Below are positions 37,501-50,539 of a stretch of DNA of 64,000 nt, piece after piece. This DNA comes from Haliotis rubra (taxonomy: Eukaryota): contig NW_025765914.1 of assembly GCF_003918875.1 (NCBI RefSeq), positions 496,001 through 560,000 on the forward strand, written 5' to 3'. Both the position numbers and the translations under genes were made by a program. The notes under the pieces are model-generated. The model saw only the letters and a program-made list of their open reading frames with translations, ran no database searches and was not told the DNA's origin. Position 1 is the first letter of the stretch; every line of letters starts with the position of its first letter.

Positions 37501-39122
37501 TTTGGTATATATACTGAGTCAAAAAAGAAACTTCACATTCTTTCTTCAGGGCACTATAAAAGAACAAGAGATGGTAAGATGGTTAAATTGTTATTATTTC
37601 ATTGCTGAGATCTGTGTGATGTACTCGATACACTGACAGTGCCATAATCACTTCCATTAGGCTACACCGCCGTTCCAAAACATGGGTATACAGAATGTCA
37701 AGTCACAAGAATAAAAATGCGAAATATCTCAGTTCAATATCGTGTATGGCTGCCCCGCGCATTCACCACTGCCAAACACCGTCTCCTCATCGACTGCCTG
37801 ATGCCTGTGAACACGTGGTTGGGGATTCTGCGCCATTGCTCTTGCAAGGCAGCGCCAAGTTCCTGCAAATTCTGAGGTTGGTTCCTAAGACCACGAAGCC
37901 TTCTCCCAAGTGCATCCCAAACGTGCTCTATTGCATTAAGGTCAGGGGACCTCGATGGCCAGTCCATGACGTTGATTCCAGCGTTTTGAAGGAAATTTCG
38001 TGTCAACATCGCGGTATGCGGCCGAGCATTATCATGCTGGAACTGTAGACCTGGGCCATGAGCCGCCATGAAAGGAATGAGTTCAGGGGTGAGCCCCTGG
38101 TCGCGGTAAGCAGCAGCTGTGAGGTTTCCACGGATGACCAGAAGTCGGGAACGGTTGTTCCCACAGAAAGCACCCCACACCATGCAACTTCCGCCCCGAA
38201 TCTGTCGACTTCCTGTACACAACATTGGGCATACCGTTCACGACGTCGTCTCCAGACTCTATGCCTGCCGTCCGCGAATCTGAGGGTAAACCTGGATTCA
38301 TCGCTAAAGACGACTCGATTCCAGTCTCTCTGGGTCCATCGGAGGTGACGTTGGGCCCACAGCAGACGTTGACGTTGATGAAACGGCGTCAATATTGGCC
38401 CACGATATGGACGTCGAGAATGGAGATTGGCAGCCCGCAACCGATTTCGAATGGTCTGTGAGGACAGTCGACCTCAAAGCATCTCAGCCCTGGTTCGTGT
38501 AGCCGGCAGAAATCTGTCACGTAGGTGACGTAAGACGATTTGACGGTCTTCTGCTCGTGACGTCACACGTGGACGACCCGACCTTGGGCGATCAGAAGTG
38601 GTGCCAGTTTGTTGTAGACGACCTCGCAAGTCATACACAGTACGACGGCTGCATCCCATTGCTCTTGCGATGTCAATAACTGATCTTCCCGCTTGCAACA
38701 TGCCAACGGCACGTTCACGTTGCACATTGGACATTTCAAGTACCGTTAGAACTGTGGTTTAAAAGTGTTTTTTCAATTCTTGAGGCCAATGCAAACACGT
38801 GCATATGAAGAAAACTTCGATGCGAAGATCACGTGATCGACTGCACGTGCAAAACCTGAGTTGGCACTAACATTTGCACGACGAATGGATGGGTTTGAGT
38901 GAGTTTTGCTAACGTTTTTCTAGAGTCGAAAGATAGGGATCCCATTTCGGATACATAGATGTATCATCAGAGAAAAATTATTCATTATTTTTCAAATTAC
39001 ATTTTGTGAAGTTTCTTTTTTGACTCAGTATATATTAAGAAAACAATGAACGTGACAAAACACTCACCAAATGAAAAACATATTGCTGGCAAATACAGAA
39101 GGAAGATCACTCGCCCAAACAT
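28588..39122 (-). CDS. G4: intact secreted 12-Cys protein, 191 aa, 5 exons
   Basis: Exons 39122-39068, 32806-32611, 31807-31683, 29312-29231 and 28705-28588 total 576 nt: MFGRVIFLLYLPAICFSFALFPNAGHKTQRRQNPENMVNVSYGQAEEDPCMGRLSPCVQNLRDIFAVNGPQDVVVDGRLAVPCESNLLEESRNCIGSASECRNHDLYRDMQSAQMPWEFICQNSQAFVSGEDCWRSSNLTTTIRGCLHPYIQCVPTCIRKRVAEVPDCSAEEAKLLGRLAVTVLDESEVSC*. AATAAA on the minus strand near 28433. Confidence 0.85.
29680..30090. repeat. 51-bp minisatellite in G4 intron 3
   Basis: Unit GACACCAAGTAAAGAGATCTACATATTACCCTCTTATGTATACTCTCCAAT, about 8 copies; degenerate units resume at 31330-31560 beyond the Tc1 insertion. Confidence 0.9.
30090..31316 (+). mobile_element. 5'-truncated Tc1 element inserted in the minisatellite
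   Basis: VFSDESR, VMVWG, QHDNARPH, WPAYSPDLNPTEHVW, NGGQTRY*; ends in ...GGGTCAGTA+TA. Confidence 0.88.
32832..33318 (+). mobile_element. Kolobok-like element end carrying a decayed THAP zinc finger
   Basis: Starts at TTAAAG. 33141-33314 reads MPNRCFVVNCS*GSGDSVPMHRFPQDPAVRAKWVMFVSAKRALWKPETISYLCSDRFT, a THAP consensus with one stop and the final His changed to Arg. Confidence 0.65.
34853..38536. repeat. ~1.85-kb tandem duplication inside G4 intron 1
   Basis: 34853-36702 is repeated from 36703, including the left part of the Tc1 element; scattered SNPs and indels. Confidence 0.9.
35687..36702 (-). mobile_element. Partial duplicate of the Tc1 element (one TIR and the transposase C-terminal part)
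   Basis: Near-identical to 37512-38536. Confidence 0.9.
37512..39030 (-). mobile_element. Full-length Tc1 (DD34E) element with frameshifted transposase
   Basis: TIRs TACTGAGTCAAAAAAGAAACTTCACA at both ends, TA flanks; transposase 38734-37734 spread over three ORF pieces; D(ESRF), QHD-34 aa-E. Confidence 0.93.
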
Positions 39123-40520
39123 CGTCAACGACTTGTTCCCAGTGAATAACTGGTATGGCTTAAACATGAAACATATATAACGGATATTACTGGCAGTAAT
39201 TGTCTCAACCCACGAAGTATATTAGGGAGTAGCCAGTTTACTGAAGCTCACATTATGTTTTCGAAGGTCACCACTTCCGTGGCAGTAAGTGGGCATTTTA
39301 ACCGTTACCGTTGGGAAACATCCACAAAAATAGGTATTGTGCTGGTAAAGGAGGAACTACAGTCAGGTAATCGTGGGAGGTTATCGCCAATCGTGTATGT
39401 GTACTTGAGGACAGCGGATGTACATCCAGACAGTTGTGTGTATACGTATAGACAGAAGTATATGTCTGAGTCTACGTGTTAAGAGGAGACATGTTTGTGT
39501 ACGTGTAGACAGAGGATGTGTGTTTTATGTAATATATTTGTAAAACCAATTCAAAATAAGAGCCTGTATTGTTTGCCATGAAGGCAGGATGCAGGCTTTG
39601 AGTCTCGTGCATATATAATATCGTTTCATGGTCATTTGAGTTAAGTGACTATAATGTTTGGCCAGAGATGATTGCCTCTGAAGGTCAAACTGCACATTCA
39701 CTGGGAGAGGCCTCAACAGGAAATGTATGCCGACCTATCATTTTGTCATGCATTATTTTGAAAGGATCTTTTAAAAGGGAAACCTAAGAACATTAAAAGC
39801 AAGTTCTATTATTTTTTCATAGAGATGACTGCCTGTATAGGTGAAACTGTACGTGAAACGGTATAAGAATCTCTACCGAAACGTCGCCATTGTCAAAATA
39901 AATAGTTTATTTAGCCTCGTAGATTTCATATCTTTTAACCACTTCTTTGTGAGTTTGGTTTTTCAGAAGATGACATTCACGTAGGTCAAGAGGTAAACTG
40001 AATACTTGTAAATAAGAACCCAAAAATACATTATCCATAAAACGTGTCATGAATGCATGTTAGACCAACTTCTAATATAGTAATTCGATAAATGTAAGAA
40101 AGTGATCCTATTTTCCCAAATCATGTATTTATGGTGTGATCAGGTCAAGTGGAGACACATTGTCTGTATGATCCACAAACTGCTGACATCTGCTCATTTA
40201 AAAAGTAAGATAGGGATAGTTAAACACAGGTACCCATTCCCTCAAATCCCTAAAATTATCCCATTATCTGGATCTACAATAATCTCAAAACGTATGCGTT
40301 CGCATACTTGCAATTGTCAAGGAAAAGGGTCAGATGTTGTGAGAGTTATCTTAATTGAATGGGTAGATCAGTAAGTAGGCCACATACTTGACAAAGCCAT
40401 CATCCTAGCACCTGTAACAAAAGCATAAGTTCCCAGATATTAATCATGGACTTATATTGCTGAGGGCAATTTCTGTTGCATTCTCTGACTGTTGCATTGG
40501 TTAGTTAGACGCTGATTGTA

Positions 40521-41964
40521 TACTGAACCGCAAAAGAAACGCCACGTCGGTAGCGGCTTCTTAAAGCACACACTATAATTCGCTCTAATGAACAATCAAA
40601 ACGGAGGATTGAGTTCAAACCTGACAATTATGGTTAACATGTTTTTGGGAATCACATTTAGAGTTTACACCAACAAAATCACCAAAAATGGCACCATTAA
40701 GATACCCCAAAGTCTACATCGTGTGTAGCCTGCATGGGCATCGAGCGTTGCGTTGTCTGTACATGGAATAGATTAGCCGGTTGATGACGGCCACATGCAC
40801 TTAGGTCCATACTCTGCGAAATGCCTGATCGAGTCCAGCCGAAGTTGTCGGCCTTTGTTGGAGGTCATTCAGTCTTCTCTGAATCTCGTCCGCAAGGTGT
40901 TCTATTGGACTTAAATCGGGACTGAGTGCAGGCCATTGTAGGGTATGGATGCCATGTTATTTTAGGAAGTCAAATGTTGCTCTGGCAGTGTGGGCACGAG
41001 CGTTGTGCTGCTTTGTGATTTCTGTGACGTCCAAAATGTGGCACAACGTGGGGTCAATACAGCGACCAGCTGTCACGCCATTTCCTCGTCCTGACCGAGA
41101 TTCAGGGGCCAACTCTCTGGTTCAGACCGATTGCACCCCCACACCATGATGCTTTGACCACCCCACGAGTCTCTTTCAACAATACACTCGTTGGAAACCG
41201 TTCCCCACGCCTTCGCCATAATTTCACCCTGTCATCGGCTGTCAAAACACAATATCGGTTTTCATCTGAAAAAAGCACAGTTCTCCATTGTCGATAAACG
41301 ATCAATAACGATGCTGAGTTGCCCATTGCAGTCGGTTTTGGCGGTGACGAGCGGTGGGGACAGGACCAGGATATGGTCTGTGACAGCAAAGGTTTCTTCC
41401 GCGCCAGTGATCTGGCGTGCTTTTTCCGACGCTATGGTGAAGCGTCCCTGCAGATTTTTGCGCTCAATCTGTCGGTCTTGACGTTGTGATGTTACTGAAG
41501 GTCGTCCACTGCGTGGACGGTCTTGGATGCTGTTAGTAACTTGATACTGCTCCTGCAGTCGGTAGATTGTCCTAACACGAACATTAAAATGATTGTCTGA
41601 TCAACTTGCAATCGTATCAAGGCGTGTTTTTGTATCTCTCGTAAGTCGTGGCATGGCGATTTTGTCAAAACAAGAATGATTTCAGGGTAGTTTGGGTCTC
41701 GCTTTCATAGGTAGGGTTGTAACGATATGCACGTGCATTTTCATTTCGCGAATGCCATGCGGAACCTTTTACCACCTCTGTCCTTTTAGGAGCGTTTGGT
41801 CGATATGCTTTTTCATCAGTAAACACACTGATGTTGGTAATAACTGTCAATTTGGATTGAAAAGCATGTTAACAAAACGGTACAATCATAATGCAAACAC
41901 CACCTTGTAAGAACAAAATTTTGCACTTGATTTGGAAATGTGGCGTTTCTTTTGTGGTTCAGTA
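40521..41964 (-). mobile_element. Degenerate full-length Tc1 element
   Basis: TIRs TACTGAACCGCAAAAGAAACGCCAC / GTGGCGTTTCTTTTGTGGTTCAGTA; MPRL start near 41654, WRTVLFSDENRY, PALSPDLSPIEH remnants. Confidence 0.85.
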
Positions 41965-42039
41965 TATATGCCATAGTTAATATGTATCTCTTTAGTATAT
42001 GGGTCTATGGCCTTTCATGCAATAAAGAACTGAAATGAA

Positions 42040-42480
42040 TAGATGGGGCATCCGAATGTGGTGGTCTTGCTGACGTGACGTTACGCGTGGACGGCTTGTC
42101 AGAGGCAAATCGCAATTCCCATTATGTTGAAAAGGTCTCCATAGAGATGAGATCGTATTTCGATCAACAGCAAAATGTCTCGCCACTGAAAGTTTGGTCA
42201 TTCCAGCATACCCACGGGGCGAAAACGCTTTTTTGTTAGCCGTGAAATATGTAGCTGTAATTAACGTCATTTCCACAATATTCAGAGGCAAGACAATAAT
42301 CAACCGTTCTTTACTTTTGAATATCAGGTGTGTGAACTTCAGGTGTCAACAAGCATGCAAAAAATGAGTCAGTTCATAGTGCACAAAGTGCACGTGCTAC
42401 GCGCAATATGCGACATAAAATTTCATAAAATATGCTGTGCTACATGTATATTTGGGGCTATTTTTATAACTCTTCAAATA
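42040..42480 (-). mobile_element. Tc1 N-terminal (HTH) fragment
   Basis: GMTKLSVARHFAVDRNTISSLW...SRPRVTSRQQDHHIR. Confidence 0.7.
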
Positions 42481-43888
42481 ACTTTTATTTCATGCAATTT
42501 TATGTTATGCACAGTTACTTTTTCCCGTTAGTATATATATGGTCTAAACTGAGAGTTGCATCGGAAACTACAAACAAGCCACACTGCATTTTTGTTAGGA
42601 ATCCCACTTACTGTAAATATGATGAGCATCTCGGCTTTTGACAAGTTTTCACGTTTATAGTGTACCAATAAGAGAAGTGATAGTTAGAGGTACACTGACC
42701 TCAGACAGATACCTCGCCATTCACGTTGAATCTGTTGACTATCATCAAAGTACAATCGATCCCCGTTTACCCGGACAGAGAAAACCTTCTATTATCAGAT
42801 GGCATTTACGTAAACAATACACGTACACAACATACAAATGTTATCCGGATATCACTGGAGGGATACGATGAAGATTTTTCACTGCTCATACTATATAGAA
42901 AACCGTTTGCATTATGTAAAGAGGTATTTTTGTTACAATCTGCGAAGGCTAAGTTCAGTTAACAAGGTATTTCCATTTAAATGGGGAAATTCGTTTGTGC
43001 GGATAACTATGAGAATATTTAAGAGTACAAATAGGAGAGGATCGTAACATTTTACACATTCAAGTGTGTTGATATCCACAACAGCGTCTGGTTAAATTAA
43101 AATAATATTCACTCCCTCATACATGCGAGTCAATGTGCAAAATTGCTTCTCTGCGTCAAAATCTAGGATCGTAGTTCTAACCTTAGTTTGTGTTTCTAGG
43201 TTTGCTTGAGACGGAACCAAACTATTGATTCACGGAAGTGATAAATGTCTAAGACCTGCATTACTTCAGGCTTTTCTTCATCATCACGGTGTCTCGACGT
43301 AAAAGCACTTAACCAAAATCACTCGCTTCTCTCTTGACATTTGTTCAGCAACTGCTACTTCATAAACTCACCTGACTAGCCAAGTCAGCTAATGTCATGG
43401 GCACCTGAAGCCGACACGTTAGGAAGTAAAAACTAGATTGACATACAAAAAGATTTGATAGTGCCTTTATTAAACAAATTTAGTAAATGCCACCAGGAAC
43501 GGCATGGTACAATAGCAAGACATATTGACAGAAACGGAGTTGGAATCTGTATTGTGTGTAGAGTGTAATTCCTATAGGGGATTCATAATTTTGTCTTTTA
43601 TGGTCAATAATTCCTGTTATGTAATTACTCTGTTCTGTTTTATTCAAACGAAACCACAAAATTCATAATATGTTATTTGAGAAATATTAATATTTAAATG
43701 TGTTTTCTGTGCCATTTGCTGCTAAGAGGGCAGAAGATGCATGGATCTAAACGTAAACTCTAGATGTGACACACGTAGGAATGTAATAATAAATGCCTTT
43801 ATTAAACAGATTTAGTGAATACCAACAAGAACAGCCGGGTACAATGGCAAGACGTATTGTCAGAAACGTATTTAATGCTACGATAGTT

Positions 43889-44051
43889 TCTTCTTTGATG
43901 GGCATTTTAGAAGTTGAGGTTATGAAGAATGATGACAATTTTTATGGATTTACAACTTCTTTGGTTCCGTGAAAGGGGGAGTTTCGACATAAATTCTAAT
44001 GTTGTCAAGCAAGCTCAAAGAAGTTGTATATCCATAAATATTGTCATCATT
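43889..44051. mobile_element. Short Penelope-derived fold-back insertion
   Basis: Inverted copies of the Penelope 3' end around a hammerhead-like motif; TSD CTACRATAGTT (43878-43888 and 44052-44062). Confidence 0.65.
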
Positions 44052-44384
44052 CTACAATAGTTGTACTGTAATGTATCTATTTCTGTTACGCTTTCTATAG
44101 AAGTTTAATGCATTTCCAATTTAGTCAGCTATGGTATGTGATTCCTGTTCTGCTGATATTAGTTCAGGTTTATTTTCAAAATAGAACCAAAATTCACCAG
44201 AAAATGAATTCTAACGATAATGAAAGTCAGATCATAGCCCTATCTGGTGCCTTTATTCCACGGACTTCCAATGGAGAGGAAAGGTTTCTTGTGAGTGCAG
44301 GTAACATCTGAAGATTTCAGATGTGAACGGTGAACGTTGGGACACGTGGAGATTCCCTTGCACAGAGAGATGCGTGAACTGAAT

Positions 44385-47300
44385 CTAGCAAGATCCCTCT
44401 GTTTGTCCCATCATAACCCCTGCCAGGCGACCCAAAAGGATGGATTCTTCTGTAGAGCAATCGGTCATGTTCGCCATAGCTTCTCTGATGCAGGTAGAGT
44501 AACTGATAAAGAGACAGGAATATGTGCTAATGTCCAGGTAACATGTTCTCAAGGTAACTGACCTGACATGTACATTCGGTCTTAGTGCATACTGGGCTGT
44601 TGACAACATCAATAAGTAACTAGAACTATACCATAAGCTCTAAATCTTACATACCCAACAAAACACTTAATATGAAAACGAAAGAACTGAAATATTCTTT
44701 GAATTTACTATTAACTTTCAAATTGAAATTGTCTGTTTCAATCTGAGGAGGCTCATTGCGATTTCATAAATGCGGACTGGATCCAAATTGCGAGGTTAAT
44801 TCAAAGTACACTTTTGATCACAAATGCTCGTGAGTCTTGTAAACTGCACGGTAAAAACTATTCTTAAATGACCGAAAGAGGTGTAATATTCTAAATCTAT
44901 TAACTTCCTCGTTGAAAGTGTCTGTTTCAATCTAACCTAACTTAATCATTCGTACGTTTTAGTGAGGATAAAGAAATTCTTATACTACCACATCTTTTAT
45001 AGTCTTTTCAACCTTGTCGTCAACCAAATTAATTTTATCACATTAAGTCGTTGAATAAAATACAATATGTACGATGCGATAAAATGGGATGTTATGTAGT
45101 GTTCTAGAATATTTCACTCCTATAGAGACGCGCAAGTACGTGTGTGATCGTTGTGTGTTTGTGTGCGTGTCTGTGTGTCTGTATGAGCGTGCTTGTTTGG
45201 ATGTTCTATTCCTGACTTGTGTCGGTTGTAAAGTACCAGTCCCTCTGATAGACCATGTCGCAGAGCAAATGGATGCCCAACAATTACAGTTGACCAGTCC
45301 CTATTTTATCCGAAAATGAGAATCGCCAGGAGGTGTACAAACAAACAACTTTTTGACGTTTTTCCCCCCTCCCTATTCTCTAGTAAAGAATAGAAATGTA
45401 CTCAAACATGCAACCATTCAAACCATAATAAAACAAATATGCAGGTGAATAGTGTGAGGCAATATGAAATATTTACCATACGTCACCCGAAGGAGCGTTA
45501 CAACCATTAGTCGCCGAGGGAAGCTCCGAGCTGCTCCAACAACCCTTCCCCGCTACAAAGGCTGAAGCAGAGATAAAGATGGAGATGGTTTAACCATAAT
45601 ACCGTAGTTTGCGAGCTTCCATGATATTCACGTATTTCTTCAACATACCTGGTGTGGAAAATATGCTATATGACGGATGATGATGTTCCATCGTTACAGC
45701 ATCTATGCAAACATCAGTACACACTCTCCCATTAAACCCACTTGAACACAATCTATGCAAACATCAGTACACAATCTCCTATTAAACCCACTTGAAGACA
45801 ACCTATGCAAACACCAGTACACAATCTTCCATTAAACCCACTTGAAGACAATCTATGCAAACTTCAGTACACAATCTCCTATTAAACCCACTTGAAGACA
45901 ATCTATGCAAACATCAGTACACAATCTCCTATTAAACCCACTTGAAGACAACCTATGCAAACACCAGTTCACAATCTTCCATTAAACCCACTTGAAGACA
46001 ATCTATGCAAACTTCAGTACACAATCTCCCATTAAACTCACTTGAAGACAATCTATGCAAACATCAGTACACAATCTCCTATTAAACCCACTTGAAGACA
46101 ACCTATGCAAACACCAGTACACAATCTTCCATTAAACCCACTTGAAGACAATCTATGCAAACTCAATCTATGCAAACATCAGTACACAATCTTCCATTAA
46201 ACCCACTTGAAGACAATCTATGCAAACTTCAGTACACAATCTCCCATTAAACTCACTTGAAGACAATCTATGCAAACATCAGTACACAATCTCCCATTAA
46301 ACCCACTTGAAGACAATCTTTGCAAACACCAGTACACAATCTCCCATTAAACCCACTAGAAGACAATCTATGCAAACTTCAGTACACAATCTCCCATTAC
46401 ACCCTCTTGAAGACAATCTATGCAAACATCAGTACACAATCTCCCGTTGCACCCACGTAAGGACTATCTAGGCAAACATCGGCGCACAATCTCCCATTGC
46501 ACTATTTTGTTCCAAAGTTGAAAATATGTTAAATACATGAACCACACCGTACAAGAAATAGGACACAATTACATCCACATGAAGATAGGTACATATAACC
46601 AACTCGATACAATACTCCCCCCTCAAAATGGAGTATACATGACCACGATCCCCACTGACACGGACGCAAAGAGATTGATATACTCACAATACACAATACA
46701 CAATGATTCAAGTGAAGAGAGCCAATAGGTTGCCATTACTAACACACGAAGAGAGGCTGTGTAAGCATCACGTACACACTGTTCGTGTTTATGGTATTAA
46801 ACAACTGTTCTCCTTTGTTAAATATAGTTGGTACTATTGTACGTTTTGTGATCTTGATTCAAATAGCATGTGCTTAGAAAATGAGAACAGCCTACCTTGA
46901 CTGTGTTGGCAAAGAAAATCCCATATCCTCTGAAAGATTTGCATGATCTTGTAGAAGACGTCGTCATCATTACACTGACTGATAGCGTTGACGCAGTTCC
47001 GGCTTTCCTCCAGGAGGTTTGACCTTACACAAACATTCACCACGAGTGATTCAGTGAGTCAGTGAGTCAGTGGGTATGTGGGTATGAGTGAGACACCATT
47101 ATCTTATGCCATTAATCCTTATCGCGCAGTATCAGAAGGTAATAAATATACCTGAACAGAATCCCATGGGATATTGAAGGTGAAATATTTACTTGAACAC
47201 TGCCCTATGTAACATTGAAGGTAACGTATTATCCTGTTTACTACCCCATATGATATTGAACGTATCTCATTTACCTGTACACTACCCCACATGATATTGA

Positions 47301-48915
47301 AGGTAACATATTTACCTGTACACTAGCCCATGTAATGTGAAGGTAACAAATTTACCTGTACACTACCTCATGAAACATTTAAGGTACCATATTTACCACC
47401 CCATGGAATATTGAAGGTAACATATTTACCTATGCACTACCCTATGGAATATAGAAGGTAACATATTTACCTGTACACTACACCATATAATATTTGATTA
47501 AAAAATGTTTACCTGTACATTACCCCATCGAATACTGAAGGTAACATATTTACCTGAACACTACCCTATGGAATATTGAAGGTAACATATTCTTCTTTAC
47601 TACCCCATGAGATAATGAAGGTATCTCATTTACCTGTACACTGCCCTATGTGAAAATGAAGGCAGGGCATTCATCTGTACACTACCACTTGTAATATTAA
47701 AGAAACCCCATTTTTTACGCGTACAATACTCCAGGTAATGTAGAAGGTAAAACGTATGGTACAACCCTGCCCCTTGTAGATTTCCCCACTCAAGGGGTTA
47801 CTCATTTAACATGTTTCTCTGTTTCCCTGTAATACCATAGAACATGACGTACTTTCCCGCTTTTAACTCGCGGTTAACAATGTATTTCTCTTACCGGGAT
47901 AGGTTTTGCTCGTTAACTTGAAGTGTTTTCAACGGTATGGCCAATGGACCATTTCGCGTACAGTCAGATAGCCCTTACATTACTATCGGGTATGTTTCGT
48001 CGATGTACAGCAATTAGTAGGCGTGTGGATCAAATACCTGCTATTTTCATAACTTTAAAGTCACACAAGTAACAGCTTACTTACTCGCACTGTACAGCGA
48101 GTTTCCCATCAACAACGATGTCTTCTGGACCCTTCAAGGCGACGTTCTCGAGGAGCCTATTCCAGCAGGGATAATACACCATCCAGCAAGGTTCCTCATC
48201 TTGACTATATGTCAAGTTCACCATGTTTTCCTCAGGGTTCTGTCGTCGCTGTGCCTCATGGCCATCATTGGGAAATATAGCTAGAGACAGTGAAATGGTA
48301 CTTCAGTATTTATACGGATTTAGGAAATTTTACTTCGCAGATTTACGTCCCTTACTCATGGAAGCATTCGGTGATTGTGGGTTCGAATTGCAGATTGACT
48401 CTGACTTGGACGTTGTGTTCTCGATAGTTCTACTACATTTTACACTTATACAGTTCCCATTACTTTGGCATAATGTTCACCAGGAGTAAGTACAATACTT
48501 TTCCAAAATGTGCCCGTCACGGAGAATATAACTGTCTGAAAGGAAGGGGATAGTTCTTGCATTATATGATGTCCCCCAAGTCGACCCACCATAAGAGCTA
48601 TATATGAGTATCTAAAATCTATATAGAACAGTTTCTGGTCATTTAGTACAAATATTGACAAAAGAATGAATCCGTCATTGAAAATACGTCTGTCTGAAGG
48701 GAAGGGGATAGTTCTGCAACAAGCTGTTGGCGGCTCAGGTCGCCCTACAATAAGAACCATAAATAAGTAACTAAGATCTACAGACAGTAGTTTGTGGTCA
48801 TGTAGTGCATAGATTGTAAAAAAGTATAAACTTACTGAAAATATTTTACAAAGCACTCACCAAATGAAAAACATATTGCTGGCAAATAGAGAAGGAAGAC
48901 CACTCGAACAAACAT
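44385..48915 (-). CDS. G5: intact secreted 12-Cys protein, 193 aa, 5 exons
   Basis: Exons 48915-48861, 48280-48085, 47023-46896, 45561-45477 and 44502-44385 total 582 nt: MFVRVVFLLYLPAICFSFAIFPNDGHEAQRRQNPEENMVNLTYSQDEEPCWMVYYPCWNRLLENVALKGPEDIVVDGKLAVQCESNLLEESRNCVNAISQCNDDDVFYKIMQIFQRIWDFLCQHSQAFVAGKGCWSSSELPSATNGCNAPSGDVCYSTCIREAMANMTDCSTEESILLGRLAGVMMGQTEGSC*. Confidence 0.88.
45700..46500. repeat. 50-bp minisatellite in G5 intron 3
   Basis: Unit ACAATCTATGCAAACATCAGTACACAATCTCCYATTAAACCCACTTGAAG, about 16 copies. Confidence 0.93.
47130..47750. repeat. ~41-bp degenerate minisatellite in G5 intron 2
   Basis: Unit like CATGGAATATTGAAGGTAACATATTTACCTGTACACTACCC; only a few units in the other paralogs. 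Confidence 0.85.
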
Positions 48916-49254
48916 CGTCAGCAACTTGTTCCCAGTGAATAACTGGTGAAGCTCGAACATGACACTTGCAGTGGGTACAACTGGCAGTAATTGTCACAGC
49001 CCACGAAGCATATTTGTGAGCTGAAGCTGGTCTATCAAGCGTAACAGCGTTGTAAGGTTATGGTCTGCAATTACGTTTTAGAAGGTCAACACTAACAGTT
49101 GTCAATTTTGTGACACAAACCAAGGGATGTAGACGAATCACAACTAACGGATCGTGGAAGCGAACCGCATTTATCAGTGGAGTTGGACCATGACGTTAAA
49201 GGTGGGTGACTAGGACAAATATGTGTAGTCGGTGTGTATGCAGGGTATGTGTAC

Positions 49255-50535
49255 GTGTTGACAGGATATGTGTGCGTACGGGTAGACAGGAAATGTGTGC
49301 ACGGGTAGACAGGGGATGTGTGTACGGGTAGACAGGAAATGTGTGTACGGGTAGACAGGAAATGTGTGTATGGGTAGACAGGGGAAATGTGTGTACGGGT
49401 AGACAGGGGATGTGTGTATGGGTAGACAGGACATGTGTGTATGGGAAGACAGGGGATGTGTGTACGGGTAGACAGGAAATATGTGTGCGGGTAGACAGGA
49501 AATGTGTTGTACGGGTAGATGGGAAATGTGTGTATGGGTAGACAGGAAATGTGTGTACGGGTAGACAGGGGAAATGCGTTTATGTGTAGACAGCTAATGT
49601 GTGCACGGGTAGACAGAGGAAATGTGTGTATGGGTAGACAGGGGAAATGTGTGTACGGGTAGACAGGAAATGTGTGTACGGGTAGACAGGAAATGTGTGT
49701 ACGGGTAGACAGGAAATGTGTGTATGGGTAGACAGGAAATGTGTGTATGGGTAGACAGGGGAAATGTGTGTATGGATAGACAGGGGAAATGTGAGTACGG
49801 GTAGACAGGAAATGTGTGTACGGGTAGACAGGAAATGTGTGTATGGGTAGACAGGAAATGTGTGTAGACAGGGAAATATGTGTAGACAGGGGGTATGTGT
49901 TGTATGGGTAGACAGGAAATGTGTGTGTGGGTAGATAGGAAATGTGTGTGTATGGGTAGACAGGAAATGTGTGTACAGGGTAGACAGGAAATGTGTGTAT
50001 GGGTAGACAGGAAATGTGTGTTCGGGTAGACAGGAAATGTGTGGACGGGTAGACAGGAAATGTGTGTACGGGTAGACAGGAAATGTGTGTATGGGTAGAC
50101 AGGAAATGTGTGTGTGGGTAGATAGGGGAAATGTGTGTATGGATAGACAGGGGAAATGTGAGTACGGGTAGACAGGAAATGTGTGTATGGGTAGACAGGA
50201 AATGTGTGTTCGGGTAGACAGGGGATGTGTGTACGGGTAGACAGGAAATGTGTGTATGGGTAGACAGGAAATGTGTGTATGCGTAGAAAGGGGAAATGTG
50301 TGTACGGGTAGACAGGAAATGTGTGTCCGGGTAGACAGGAAATATGTGTTCGGGTAGATAGGGGATGTGTGTACGGGTAGACAGGGAATCTATGTACGGG
50401 TAGATAGGGGATATGTGTATGGGTAGACAGGGGAAATGTGTGTACGGGTAGACAGAGGAAATATGTGTATGGGTAGACAGGGGATATGTGCATACGGGTG
50501 GACAGCAAATGTGTATACAGGCAGACAGGGGATGT
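49255..50535. repeat. ~23-25-bp minisatellite upstream of G5
   Basis: Unit GGGTAGACAGG(GG)AAATGTGTGTAY, about 50 copies; degenerate versions lie upstream of the other paralogs. Confidence 0.95.
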
Positions 50536-50539
50536 GTAC

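Noticed and set aside
28588-39122. Naming the family as lysin, perlucin, ependymin, attractin or an odorant-binding protein
   Set aside because: Cys number, spacing and motifs match none of these as I recall them; no gene symbol assigned.
45700-46500. Regular 50-bp periodicity suggesting a CRISPR array
   Set aside because: Contiguous tandem units with no unique spacers, inside a spliceosomal intron, no cas genes.
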